NCBI GenBank assembly: GCA_963755715.1
Contig: CAVWLW010000052.1
Span: 1-64,000 of the forward strand
Length of the DNA stretch: 64,000 nt
Source of the DNA: an uncultured delta proteobacterium
GTDB lineage: Bacteria > Desulfobacterota > Binatia > UBA9968
Direction: 5' to 3'
The position numbers were made by a program, and so were the translations under genes. The notes under the pieces are model-generated. The model did not search any database. It saw nothing but the letters and a program-made list of their open reading frames with translations, and was not told the origin of the DNA. The number at the start of each line of letters is the position of its first letter. The first letter of the stretch is position 1. Shown here piece after piece: positions 50,785-61,003 of the stretch.

Positions 50785-51870
50785 TCAGAGCGGCAATTTG
50801 TAAAACGTCTCCGCGTTGCGCCACAGCATCGCTGCCTTGTCATCGTCGGTGATCTCGTTGCTTTCCATTAGCTCGCCGAGATCATGCTTACAGCTTTCGT
50901 TGGTTACCTCGTGGGGAAAATCGGACGAATAGAGGAACGGCTTGTTGCCGACGGTCTTGATGGCGAACGGCAAGGTCAATTCTTCGGTCTCGATGCCAAG
51001 ATAAACGCGACCCTCTTTAATCAGATGCTTAATTTGCTTTGTCGGATCCTGTTCTTCGCGCACGCCGAACTCACCTTCAGGGATGTACTGGAAGTGTGTC
51101 TCGTGCGATGCATGCAGTCGTTCGAGCAGAAGCAACAGCCAAGCGATGCCGCCCTCGAGGAAGGCGATGCGCACGCGAGGGAAGCGCTCGAAGATGCCAT
51201 TGTAGAGAATATCGGCACAGTTGATCGTCAAACCCCACGGATGTCCGAGGGCGTGCACCGGCACGTACATGTTCATATGGTCCATGCCGAAGCGGTCGTG
51301 CGCCCCGCCATGCACGGCGAGGCAGCACCCGAGCTTGTTGGCCTCTTCGTAAACCGGCCAAAATTGTTTTGCGCCCAAAGGCTGAGCGAGCCCATTAGAC
51401 GGCATCATCGCTCCGAGCATTCCCAGTTCGGTGACCGCGCGGCGCAGCTCCTTGGCGGCTTCTTCAGGGTCCTGCATCGGAATAATCGCCATGCCTTTGA
51501 AGCGTGAATTGAATTTTATATAAGTGTCGGTCATCCAATCGTTGTAGGCCTTGCAGATCGCCACCGCGTAATCGCGGCTCACGATCTTGCCATAGGAGAG
51601 CGCGAGAGTCGGATACATGACGGTCCAGTCGATGCCGACGTCGTCGAGAAACTCGAGCCAGCCTTTCGGTCCTACCGGAGGGCGTTGGTCCCGTTGCGGC
51701 GGTGTCTCGACGGCTCGCCCCGCATGAAGATGATCCAAGGGCGGAAAGCAAATTCCCTTGCGCCCCGCGATCTCTCGGTAAGCACCTTCCATATGAGCGA
51801 TGATTGCCGCGTTGTCCTCCATGATATGGCCGTCGCCGTCAATAATTCGCGTCCCAAGCGTGGCTGACAT
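50785..51870 (-). CDS. Amidohydrolase_2 family protein
   Basis: IIDGDGHIME, YNDW, AVHG, FLEGG, YSSDFPH. Confidence 0.9.
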   Translation of the reverse strand: MSATLGTRIIDGDGHIMEDNAAIIAHMEGAYREIAGRKGICFPPLDHLHAGRAVETPPQRDQRPPVGPKGWLEFLDDVGIDWTVMYPTLALSYGKIVSRDYAVAICKAYNDWMTDTYIKFNSRFKGMAIIPMQDPEEAAKELRRAVTELGMLGAMMPSNGLAQPLGAKQFWPVYEEANKLGCCLAVHGGAHDRFGMDHMNMYVPVHALGHPWGLTINCADILYNGIFERFPRVRIAFLEGGIAWLLLLLERLHASHETHFQYIPEGEFGVREEQDPTKQIKHLIKEGRVYLGIETEELTLPFAIKTVGNKPFLYSSDFPHEVTNESCKHDLGELMESNEITDDDKAAMLWRNAETFYKLPL

Positions 51871-52154
51871 TTCTAAACCTCCTAGTCGATTGAGAATCTG
51901 CCTTTTTTTGTGCCTTATTATGAATGTCCCGAAAGACGTGCCTTCTTTATAATCTGACTTGTGTTTGCGGATCAAGCAGGGTACCTGTCTCCGGCATCGG
52001 GGCTGGACCGCCGCCTGTTTAAATGGGCTCCTGTCTATTTTTGTCGCTGCCTAGAATTGGCTTGTTTTTTCAGTCTAATATGAATAGGGTACAGCTAAAA
52101 TTTTTATAAGGCATAGAATTACAAACAGAAACTCATCAAGTCGCGGAGGGGGAA

Positions 52155-52442
52155 ATGGCGGAAGAAACAGCGGAGCAAAAAGTAGCTCGCCTCGAGGCAG
52201 AAAATCGCGCCCTCAAAGAACAGGTGGAGCAGCGCCGAACCGGACAACTGCGCTTGAAAATCAGCGAAAAAGGCGGACTCTCCGTCTACGGGCTAGGCAG
52301 GTTTCCTGTTACTCTATACAAAGAGCAGTGGATCCGGCTGCTCGAGCAGACTGAAGAAATCAAAGAATTTCTTAAAGAAAATGATCAACAACTAAAAGTC
52401 AAACAATCGGCGCCAGTGCGGTCGATCGAAAATGAGCGCTGA
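52155..52442 (+). CDS. Small conserved hypothetical protein (coiled coil + KISEKGGLSVYGLGRFPVTLY motif)
   Basis: Strong RBS GGAGGGGG; motif recalled from an uncharacterised family. Confidence 0.85.
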   Translation: MAEETAEQKVARLEAENRALKEQVEQRRTGQLRLKISEKGGLSVYGLGRFPVTLYKEQWIRLLEQTEEIKEFLKENDQQLKVKQSAPVRSIENER

Positions 52443-52574
52443 AATCGCGCCGCATTGATTTCCGCCGCTGAGATGTTGCTATTTTGCTCAGCGCTATCCG
52501 GCGCTCGCTGATGACTATTTGCTGTATAACTCTTGACTGATGGAGTGCGCGACCCGACTGGGTTTGACAGTCGG

Positions 52575-53504
52575 TTACTTTCGATCCGGGGCGTAAAAAG
52601 TCTCCAAAAGCCTGCGTCGCATTGCTTCTTCGCCTCCTGGCAAAGCGTCGAACTTCGAAGTTTGGTCGGTGTTTTGAAGAATCTTCCCGCCTTCGCTGTT
52701 TTCATGCATCGATTGTAAAATCCGGCTGAGTCGTTCAGACGCCGCTGCCGGCAAGTCCTTGCGCACAGACACCAAGTGGCGTGGTAGCAAGTCGGTTTGG
52801 CCGAGGATGGTGAGGCTCGTTTTCTTTTGGTCGTCGAGCCTGGCGAAATCGTCATCACTGATCGCGCCGGCCGCCACCTGCTTCGCAAAAATCAAATCGA
52901 AGAGCTTCTCGCTATCGTCGGCAAAGATATAGCCCACCTCGGTTGCTGGAACTTGCGCGTTCATCGACGCCATCTGCTTGAGCTTGAAGCCGTTTCTCTG
53001 GAGGAAAAACTTCGGCAGAAAATAGCCCGACGTCGACTCCGGATCTTTGAAGGCGATGATTTTACCGCGCAGGCTGTCGAGACGGGTGATGCCGCTGTCT
53101 TTGCGGGTAGCGATCAAACTTCGATACTCGGCCATGCCGCTCTTCCAGCGCCGCAGCAATAACCGGCCGGCGCCGTGAACCTGATTGACGATGTAGGTCG
53201 GGTAGGGACTCTCCAGAAAAAAATCGACCTTGCTCTGTTCGAGCAGCTTGGCCAGCTCGGTCACCGTTGCGGCGACGACGACTTTGCCTTCGGCATCCGC
53301 AGCCGAGTGGTATTGACGCGATAGGTAGAAAACAAAATCGCGAAAATGTTCTTCGATCTCGCGCTGATGGGTGGTCGCCACGAGCCCCAGGGCGAGGCTC
53401 TTTGAAGTGGAAGGAGGGGCCGTTTGACCGGCGCCATTCGAGCACAGCGCTGCACCCAAGAAAAACGCCGGCAACATCGAATAAATCAATAAAAGACGTT
53501 TCAT
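52575..53504 (-). CDS. PhnD-like phosphate/phosphite/phosphonate-binding protein
   Basis: Signal peptide; YRSLIATRKDSGI, LRGKIIAF, STSGYFLP. Confidence 0.82.
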   Translation of the reverse strand: MKRLLLIYSMLPAFFLGAALCSNGAGQTAPPSTSKSLALGLVATTHQREIEEHFRDFVFYLSRQYHSAADAEGKVVVAATVTELAKLLEQSKVDFFLESPYPTYIVNQVHGAGRLLLRRWKSGMAEYRSLIATRKDSGITRLDSLRGKIIAFKDPESTSGYFLPKFFLQRNGFKLKQMASMNAQVPATEVGYIFADDSEKLFDLIFAKQVAAGAISDDDFARLDDQKKTSLTILGQTDLLPRHLVSVRKDLPAAASERLSRILQSMHENSEGGKILQNTDQTSKFDALPGGEEAMRRRLLETFYAPDRK

Positions 53505-53849
53505 GATCTCTCCAAGGGGTCTGTGATGTGGCTTTGTTCCTATCCAACTGCGGCCGGCTTGGCAAGGGAGAAGAAACGGAAAGCGCCATCGCCATTGGGT
53601 GAAGAGGCGGAGGATGCTATTTTGCTCGAACTGGGACAGAACCGATCGGCAGTGGAGCGCGCTATCGCGGCTTGGACACCCCGGTTTCACGGCAATTGTG
53701 CGGGCACAGTGCCGCTCCTTGGCCAATTCTTCAAATTGGTCGTCATTTAACGTAAAATTTTTCATCATGAATTTCTTTGGCAAATGACGCGTGGAAAGGT
53801 AAAATGCGTGAGTCTCGGTCGGCCCGGTCCGATCCAACTATAATTCGCT

Positions 53850-56800
53850 ATGCGGACTCGTGATAAAGTCGTTGTTGTTCTCATCGTGGCCAGCCTCATT
53901 CTAGGCGGCCTGATCTTTGTTGCCTTTCAAGACAATGAAGTCGAGGCAAATTATTCGCGCTGGCTGTTTACCACCAATCTCCAGCACCTTTTTTCTTCCC
54001 CGGCAAAATTCCTATCCGATGAGTTGCCGTCCGGCACGGTATTCTACGGCGGTTTGACGCTCTTCGCCGTGGTGATGACCGTGGTTTTCTTGAAGATGAC
54101 GCGCGACGGCGAAATCCAAGCGCTGCGAAGACGGTTGATCGACTTGCGGTCGGAAAAGCATCAGACCGAGAGCTTGCTGCAAGAGGAGGTTTGGAAAGGC
54201 AAGCACGAGCGGCAGTCGAAGGATTCGGCGATGCGCGATCTCGAGACGAGCATCGACAAGATCGAAACACTGCTCGGCGAGCTCAACGAAAAGGAACAGG
54301 AGCTAAAAGCGCGCGACGTGCAACTGGTGTCGCTGAAGACAAGCGCCCTCGGGGATTCCGATTCCACGCCGGCGAGACCTTCATCGGAACGCCTGCTGCG
54401 GGAAGAGATCAACAAAAAGAATGAGATTCTGCAGACGAAGGACTCAGCGATTCGAGAACTCGAACAGCGGTTAAGCGCGAAGACCCGGCTGTGGGAGAGT
54501 CAGCTACGGGAAAAAGACGGACTATTAAACGGCCGCAACAGCGAGCTGGAAAGCCTACGGGTAGAAATCTCCGATCTCAATGGACAGCTCAACGATTTAA
54601 CGAGCGCAAAAAAACGCGCCGAAGATCTACTGCAGGAGGAATTGCGCAAGAAGAAGGAAGTTCTCGAAGCCAACGATGTGGCGGTTCGGTCGGAAGAGAA
54701 GCGCTTAACCGAAAGAATTAGAGCACTGGAAAACCATGTGGGCGAGAAGGATAAACTGCTGAGAACTCGCGACACGGAGCTCAGCGGTTTTCGCCGCCAG
54801 TTGGACGAGTTCGAATCGGCCAAAGAGCAAATGCAAAGCCGGCTCCAAGAGGAGCTTGGAAAATCCGAGCAAGACCGGCGCGCGAAAGACCAGGTCATCA
54901 AGGATCTGGAGCAGCGCCTGAGCGCGAACCTGCAGGCTCTAAAGAACGAGGTTGGCGAGAAGGATCTGCTATTGCAGACGCGCGCCGCCGAACTAAAATC
55001 GCTCCAGTCTGAAGTCAAATCGATTTCACTACGCTTGAGCGAAATGGCAGCCGCCAAAGTGCGCGCCGAGGAAAATCTGCAAGAGGAGCTTAAGAAGGAG
55101 AGGCAGCAGCACGAGAACGCCCGAATCGCCTATCAAGAGCTCGAAGAGCGCACGGGCAAAGAAATCAAGCTGCTGGCCGCCCAACGTGCCGAACAGGAAG
55201 AATCTTTCACACGCCGCGCCGGCGAAATCCAAAAGCTCAAGCAGGAAGTCGATGCGGTGGCGCTGCGATTGCGCGAATCGAGCGTCGCCAAGGAACAGAC
55301 CGAGAAGGCGCTGCGCGACCAGCTCAACAAAGAGAAAGCTCAACGCGAGTCGAAAGAGGCCGCCGGCCGTGAATTGGAACAGCGTTACGGCATAGAGATC
55401 CAGGCGCTCAAAAGCCAGCTCGGCGAAAAGGAAGAGTCGCTCAGAAGCCGCGGCGACGAAATCAAATCGCTTAAAACACAGGTCGCCTCGCTTGCCGAGC
55501 AATTGACAAAAGTGGGCTCGGCGAAAGAGCGGGCGGCGAGCCTGCTTCAGCAAAAGCTCAAGGCGGAAAAGCAAGGACTCCAAGCAAACGATTCCGCGGT
55601 ACGGGAGCTCGAAGCCAGTTTTACGGCCAAGATCGACGCGCTCGAGCAACAACTGGCGGCCAAGCAGGATCTTGTCGGCAATCGCGATACCGAAGTAGCG
55701 GCGCTCAAGTCCGAGCTCGCATCGCTGAATCAAAAGATGGCGAACCTCGCGGCGGCGCATAAACAAGCGGAGAATTTGTTCGAAGATGCCGTCAGAGAGA
55801 GAACCGAGCTCTTACAATCGAAGGACGCGGCCGTTGAAAAGCTTGAAGCCGATCTGAGCGGCCGGATTCGCGAAATGGAAAGCCGGCTTCGTGAAAATGA
55901 CGACCTGCTTAATCGTCGCGAATCGGAGCTGAGCGAGCTCAAAAATCAGCTCGCCGAGGTGGCGACGGCGAAGGAGCAAACGGCGCGCTCCCTCGGTGAA
56001 AATCTCAGGGAGAAAAACGCGCTGCTCGACGAGAAAGACGCCGCTATCCATGCTCTCGAGGAGCGTTTCGGCACGCGCATCCACACGCTTGAGAGCGAGC
56101 TCGGCGAGAAGCAGAATCTTCTCGAGGCGCGGGAGCAGGAACTTAGAGGGCTCCTGGCCAAAGCCAACGCGCTGTCCGGCGACCTGGCCGAGCTTGGGAC
56201 CTCAAAAGACCAGGCGCTACGTTCGCTCCAAGAAGACTTGAAGCACAGAACGGACATGCTCGACGCCAAAGAGTCCGCCATGTCAGACTCTGGAGGAGCG
56301 CTTGAACGCCAAAGCGCGTTCTCTGGAAGGTCAATTGAGCCAAAAGCAAGAGCTGCTCGCGGCCCGCGATACGGAGCTCGACGCGCTAATGATGAAGGTC
56401 AGCGAGCTTACCCAAAGGCTCAGCGAAATGGGTGCCGAGCAGGATCGTTCGGATCGCCTCCTTCAAGAAGAGTTGCGCGAAAAGACCGCGCTCTTGCAGT
56501 CTCGAGAGTCATCCATCGATGAGTTAGAAGATCAATTGAAAGGCCGAGTGGAATCTCTCGAGCGTCAGGTCGTGGAGAAGCATAGACTCTTGGAAGCTAG
56601 CGGCGTCGAGATCGGCGAGCTGCGCGCGCAATTCTACGCCATCACCGAGCGCCTCAATGAAGCTGAAGCTGCGAAGGTGGCTTTGGAAGGTCTACTCGAA
56701 GAGGAACGCGGCAAAAATAACAAAACGCTCATGGTTATGGAAACGGCGGAAAGCCACGGCGAGGTCAATGGCGAAGCGCATGGCCTGGAAACCTTGTTGA

Positions 56801-56976
56801 GCGAAAGAGAACAACTGCTCCAGGCGCGCGACAAATTAATTCAAAACTTAATGACCGAGCTGAGGGAAAAGAAAACCCAACTGGCCAGACAGGAGATCGA
56901 GGTCTGGCAGAAAATCGAACGGCGCGAAGCCTGGAAACACCGGCTCTCCAAAATCGGCATTCGAATCAAGGACTGA
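53850..56976 (+). CDS. Membrane-anchored long coiled-coil repeat protein, about 1040 aa (frameshift near 56290)
   Basis: Two N-terminal hydrophobic helices, then about ten E/K/L/R-rich units; the repeat register continues across the two ORFs. Confidence 0.85.
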
Positions 56977-57079
56977 ATACTTCGCCGCGCTTTCGCGATC
57001 GCGACGAATGCCACATCGCCTACTCACCCTAGCATCGCCGCTCGCCGCGCACTGAAAGTTTTCCGCAGCAAGCCGTCGC

Positions 57080-58087
57080 TTATTTCTTCCTGCCATAAAG
57101 CCCGTCGATGTAGCCGCTCTTGTCGAACTCTTCGACGAAACGGGCATCGATGAAGTCTTGCGGTTTTGCGGTTTTTGCCTTCGGGTTGGTGAGCGCGAGC
57201 TGGTCGATGATCGTCTTTAGCCCTTCCGCCGTCGGATATTGCTTCATCGGCAGCTTGTTCTCATCAATCGAGCTTTCGTAGGTTTTCCGTAACAACTCCG
57301 GATCTTCTAAACGCAGGTATTTCGCCGCGATCTTGAGTCCCGTGGCGCGGTCGGTTTTCAAGCGGTGCACCGCCTCGATGTACGATTTAACGAAATTTCG
57401 CACCACGTCCGGATGCTCGCGCAAATATTTTCGCGTCGTCACCCCGCCTTGATGCTGGTAGGCGAGGCCTAGAGCGGCGACATCGGCCAAGAGATGAAAG
57501 CCTCTTTTTTGTGCGACGAAGGTCGCCGGCGGAACCAGAGTGCTACCCGAAACGCGCCGCGCTTCCATGGCGGCCAAGCGTTCCGGCGTGCTGCCGGTTT
57601 GCACGATCGTGACATCCTTCCCGGGACTGAGCCCGAGCCGCGCGAGCGCGTAGCGCGCGACAAAGTCCGCCGCGCCGCCGAAACGGGCGACCGCGATCGT
57701 GCCGCCCTTTAATTGCTCCGGGGTTTTGATTTCAGGCTGTGTCATCAGCCAATAATCCAAACTGACGATGCCGCCGACCACGTAGACTGGGTCGGCTCCT
57801 GCTAGCCCGGCGCTGACGATGCCAGGCCCTGAGGCTTGAATCAGCGGCGTATCGCCTGAAACCATCGCGGTGACGGACAGCGTTCCGCCCGTGAAATATA
57901 TCAGCTGCGCATCGAGATTATTCTTTGCGAAGATACCGGTATCCTTGGCGACCCAGATCACCAGTTGATCGGCGCTGATGCCGCTGTAGCCAATGGCTAC
58001 TTTGGTTGCTTGCGCCGACGCAGGTGCATTCCAGCAAACGGATAAAAGCGCGACTAGAGCAGCCGGGATATTCAATTTTTTAATCAT
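57080..58087 (-). CDS. SsuA/NMT1-type ABC substrate-binding protein
   Basis: IWVAKDTG, QLKGGTIAVARFG, EFDKSGY. Confidence 0.88.
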   Translation of the reverse strand: MIKKLNIPAALVALLSVCWNAPASAQATKVAIGYSGISADQLVIWVAKDTGIFAKNNLDAQLIYFTGGTLSVTAMVSGDTPLIQASGPGIVSAGLAGADPVYVVGGIVSLDYWLMTQPEIKTPEQLKGGTIAVARFGGAADFVARYALARLGLSPGKDVTIVQTGSTPERLAAMEARRVSGSTLVPPATFVAQKRGFHLLADVAALGLAYQHQGGVTTRKYLREHPDVVRNFVKSYIEAVHRLKTDRATGLKIAAKYLRLEDPELLRKTYESSIDENKLPMKQYPTAEGLKTIIDQLALTNPKAKTAKPQDFIDARFVEEFDKSGYIDGLYGRKK

Positions 58088-58222
58088 CGACAATCCTCTC
58101 GCTGACTCGATCGACCTGAATTCGCGGCTTTTGCATGCGTGCCCATTGCCGGGCCTTGCTTGGCCTGCGCAGGCGACCGGAAAAGAAGACAATGGGATTA
58201 TGAATATCGGAGCGAGCTTCGG

Positions 58223-58837
58223 TTATTTTTGTAAGTAGCTCGCAGGCATAGGCACGCGGAGAATATTGATGCCCTCACTGTCTTCGATGTAGCGGATGAA
58301 GCGATATTTATTTTCCAGCTCGTCGTAGCGCAGCGGCGGCGCTTCGGCGCGGCCGGCTTCGATGCGCGCCCAGATAAAATGCGGTCCGTCGTGGCCTAGG
58401 GCATGATTCACGGCCTGTTTCAGTTCGTCGACGGTGGCCGCGGCGCTGGAACTTTGGATGCCGGCGTTGCGCGCCACACCGGCGAAATCGATCTTGCCCG
58501 CGGTTGCAACCGTCGGTTCGCCGCCGGAAGATTCGTATTGCTGGTTGTCCCAGCAAATGTGAATGAGATTTTTCGGCTGATGCAGGCCGATGGTCGCGAG
58601 CGAGCCGAGATTCATCCACAGAGCGCCATCGCCGTCGAAGACGAAAACTTTGCGCTGGGGAAGCGCGATGGCAAGGCCGAGACCGATGGAGGAGCACAGG
58701 CCGAGGGTTTTGACTTGAATATTGCCGTCGCTCGGCCGCAGCGCATTCCACTCGGCGGTAGCGCCGCCCGCGGTGGTGACGAACAATTCTTTATCGATCA
58801 GCGGCGCAATCGCTTGCAAGCATTCAAAGCGTTTCAT
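58223..58837 (-). CDS. Sulfopyruvate/phosphonopyruvate decarboxylase-like beta subunit (ComE-like)
   Basis: LGLCSSIGLGLA, DGDGALWMNLGSL, WDNQQYESSGG. Confidence 0.8.
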   Translation of the reverse strand: MKRFECLQAIAPLIDKELFVTTAGGATAEWNALRPSDGNIQVKTLGLCSSIGLGLAIALPQRKVFVFDGDGALWMNLGSLATIGLHQPKNLIHICWDNQQYESSGGEPTVATAGKIDFAGVARNAGIQSSSAAATVDELKQAVNHALGHDGPHFIWARIEAGRAEAPPLRYDELENKYRFIRYIEDSEGINILRVPMPASYLQK

Positions 58838-58845
58838 GATGAACC

Positions 58846-59340
58846 TTATAAGACCGCGCGGGTGAGGAGCAAAGCGACCGGTCGTTTGGAGCTGTTCGCC
58901 AGCACGACGGCGCCGCCGATGTCTTGCTTCACTTTCGCCGGATCGCGCAGCACGACGTATTTGATGCCCAATCCTTGCAGCACCGGCTCGGTGACGAGGC
59001 CGACCATGTGAAAGGCGTTGTCGCCGATATCGCCGGCATAATAAATCAGGAGCAGGATCGGCACGCCGAACTGAAGCGCCGTCGTCGTGAGACCGTTGCA
59101 ACTGTTCAGCAAGCCGCCGTTTTGCATCAACATGGCCGTTTTTTTGCCGCCCAGATGCGCGCCGGCGCAGACGCCGATCCCTTCTTCTTCGCGGCCGACG
59201 GGGACATGAGCGATGTCTTTATCTTCGTAAAGCAGATTGATGAGCTGCATCATATTGATATCGGGAACGCTCGATACGAGGTCGATGCCGGCTTCTTTCA
59301 ATCCTGCGAGAATCTGCTGCGCTCCCGCGACGGTTCCCAT
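58846..59340 (-). CDS. Sulfopyruvate/phosphonopyruvate decarboxylase-like alpha subunit (ComD-like)
   Basis: VSSVPD, REEEGIGVCAGAHLGG, LMQNGGL. Confidence 0.82.
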   Translation of the reverse strand: MGTVAGAQQILAGLKEAGIDLVSSVPDINMMQLINLLYEDKDIAHVPVGREEEGIGVCAGAHLGGKKTAMLMQNGGLLNSCNGLTTTALQFGVPILLLIYYAGDIGDNAFHMVGLVTEPVLQGLGIKYVVLRDPAKVKQDIGGAVVLANSSKRPVALLLTRAVL

Positions 59341-59519
59341 ATCGCCAATCCCTCGAAAGTCCGCAGGCGCGCGTTACACGCGCCCGCGTCGGTTTGCTTT
59401 AATGCTTCCTCCTTCTAGGAATTATCTTCGGTTGTGTCAAGCAAGATGAAGGTTGGTTTGACACTCTGTAGCGGATTCTGTTAGCAGAGATAGCGATTCA
59501 ACCATCGGAGGTGCGGCCT

Positions 59520-60514
59520 GTGAAATTTTTGCATGTGGCTCGGGAGTCGCTCTATGAACGCGCCGTTACGCTGCTTTTCTCTGGCGTAGCATCTTCGCCG
59601 CTGCGGCGATTTCCGAGGCGGCAGAGTATCCGACCAAGACCATGCAGATCATCAATCCTTTTCCGCCGGGAGCCGTGACCGACATCGTCGCGCGCATCGT
59701 CGCGCCGAAGATGACCGCGCTTCTCGGTCAGCAGGTGATTATCGTCAACAAAGCCGGTGGTGGCGGCGCCGTCGGTATTCAGGCCGCCAAGGACGCTGCG
59801 CCGGACGGTTACACGATTCTCGTCACGCCGCCGCCGATACTGCTGATTCCGCTCGTCAATAAGAATTCCGGTTTCGCGATGAAGGATTTCACGCCGCTGA
59901 ATCTCGCGACCAGCAGCCCGAACACCACCGTAGTGAAAGCGGATGCGCCGTGGAAGACGCTCGAAGAATTCATCGCCGAGGCGGCGAAAAACCCCGGGGC
60001 GCTGACTTACGGTTCGGCCGGGCCCGGCACCACGCCGCATTTTATCGGCGAGCTGGTGAAGCTCAAAACCAAGATCGATCTCACCCATGTTCCCCTTGGC
60101 TCGGAATCGGCGGCGGCCACCGCCGTGCTCGGCGGTCATGTAAATATCGCATTTTTGACCTTGGGTACGACCCGAAGCCACATCGAAGCCGGCACCATGC
60201 GGGCGTTGGCGGTGGCTTCCAATCGACGACTTAAAGACTTTCCCAATATACCGACGACGGTAGAAAAAGGTTTCCCCGAGCTCAACTTGAAAATCTGGGT
60301 GGGTTTTTTCGCGCCGGCAAAAACGCCGGCGGCGATCGTCAAACGGCTGGCTGCGGCGCTCAGCGAAAGCCTGAAAGATACGGAAGTCGCCGCCCATATC
60401 GAAAAGGCGCAAGCGCTGATCGAAAATCTCGGCCCCCAGGAAGCGGCGAAGTTTTACACCGAGGAAGAACGCAAGTGGTCCGAGGTAACGCGCGTTGCTA
60501 AGATCGGCAACTGA
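59520..60514 (+). CDS. tctC: Tripartite tricarboxylate transporter substrate-binding protein (Bug/TctC); signal region frameshifted, start uncertain
   Basis: YPTK..INPFPPGAVTDIVAR, NKAGGGG, PDGYT, YGSAGPG, THVP. Confidence 0.9.
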
Positions 60515-60546
60515 GCGTGCTTTGAATTCATCTTTGTCTTAAATCG

Positions 60547-61002
60547 ATGAAACGGTCCGATGCCGCAGTGTCCGTGATCCTAATCGGATTGGCTGGATTT
60601 ATCCTCCTGGAAAGCCGCCATCTTTCGTTCGGCACCATGCGCGTGCCGCAAACCGCATTCTTTCCGAAGATTCTAGCGGTATTGTTGCTGATTTTTTCCG
60701 GCATCGCGTTGCTCCAGGCACTCCTTGGACCCCAATCCGCAAGCCGCTCTGAACCGCTCGCCGCCGAAGGTTGGACAAGAATCGGCGCGACTTTGGCAAC
60801 GATGGTGGGTTTTGCTTTTGTACTCGAGCGCGCCGGGTTTTTTCTAACGACCTTTCTTTTGATGATCTTGCTGCTGCGTGCGATAGAGGCTCAGAGGTGG
60901 TCCAAAGTCATCGGCATCGCTGTGGCGACGGCGCTGATCTCCTACGCCATTTTTGGCTGGCTTCTCGGTATTCCTCTCCCCACCGGCATCTTGGGAATCT
61001 GA
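60547..61002 (+). CDS. tctB: TTT small membrane subunit
   Basis: P..FFPK..; F..LLGIPLPTG. Confidence 0.88.
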   Translation: MKRSDAAVSVILIGLAGFILLESRHLSFGTMRVPQTAFFPKILAVLLLIFSGIALLQALLGPQSASRSEPLAAEGWTRIGATLATMVGFAFVLERAGFFLTTFLLMILLLRAIEAQRWSKVIGIAVATALISYAIFGWLLGIPLPTGILGI

Positions 61003-61003
61003 G

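Noticed and set aside
53850-56976. SMC or chromosome segregation ATPase
   Set aside because: No Walker A/B, signature or hinge motifs; N-terminal membrane helices instead.
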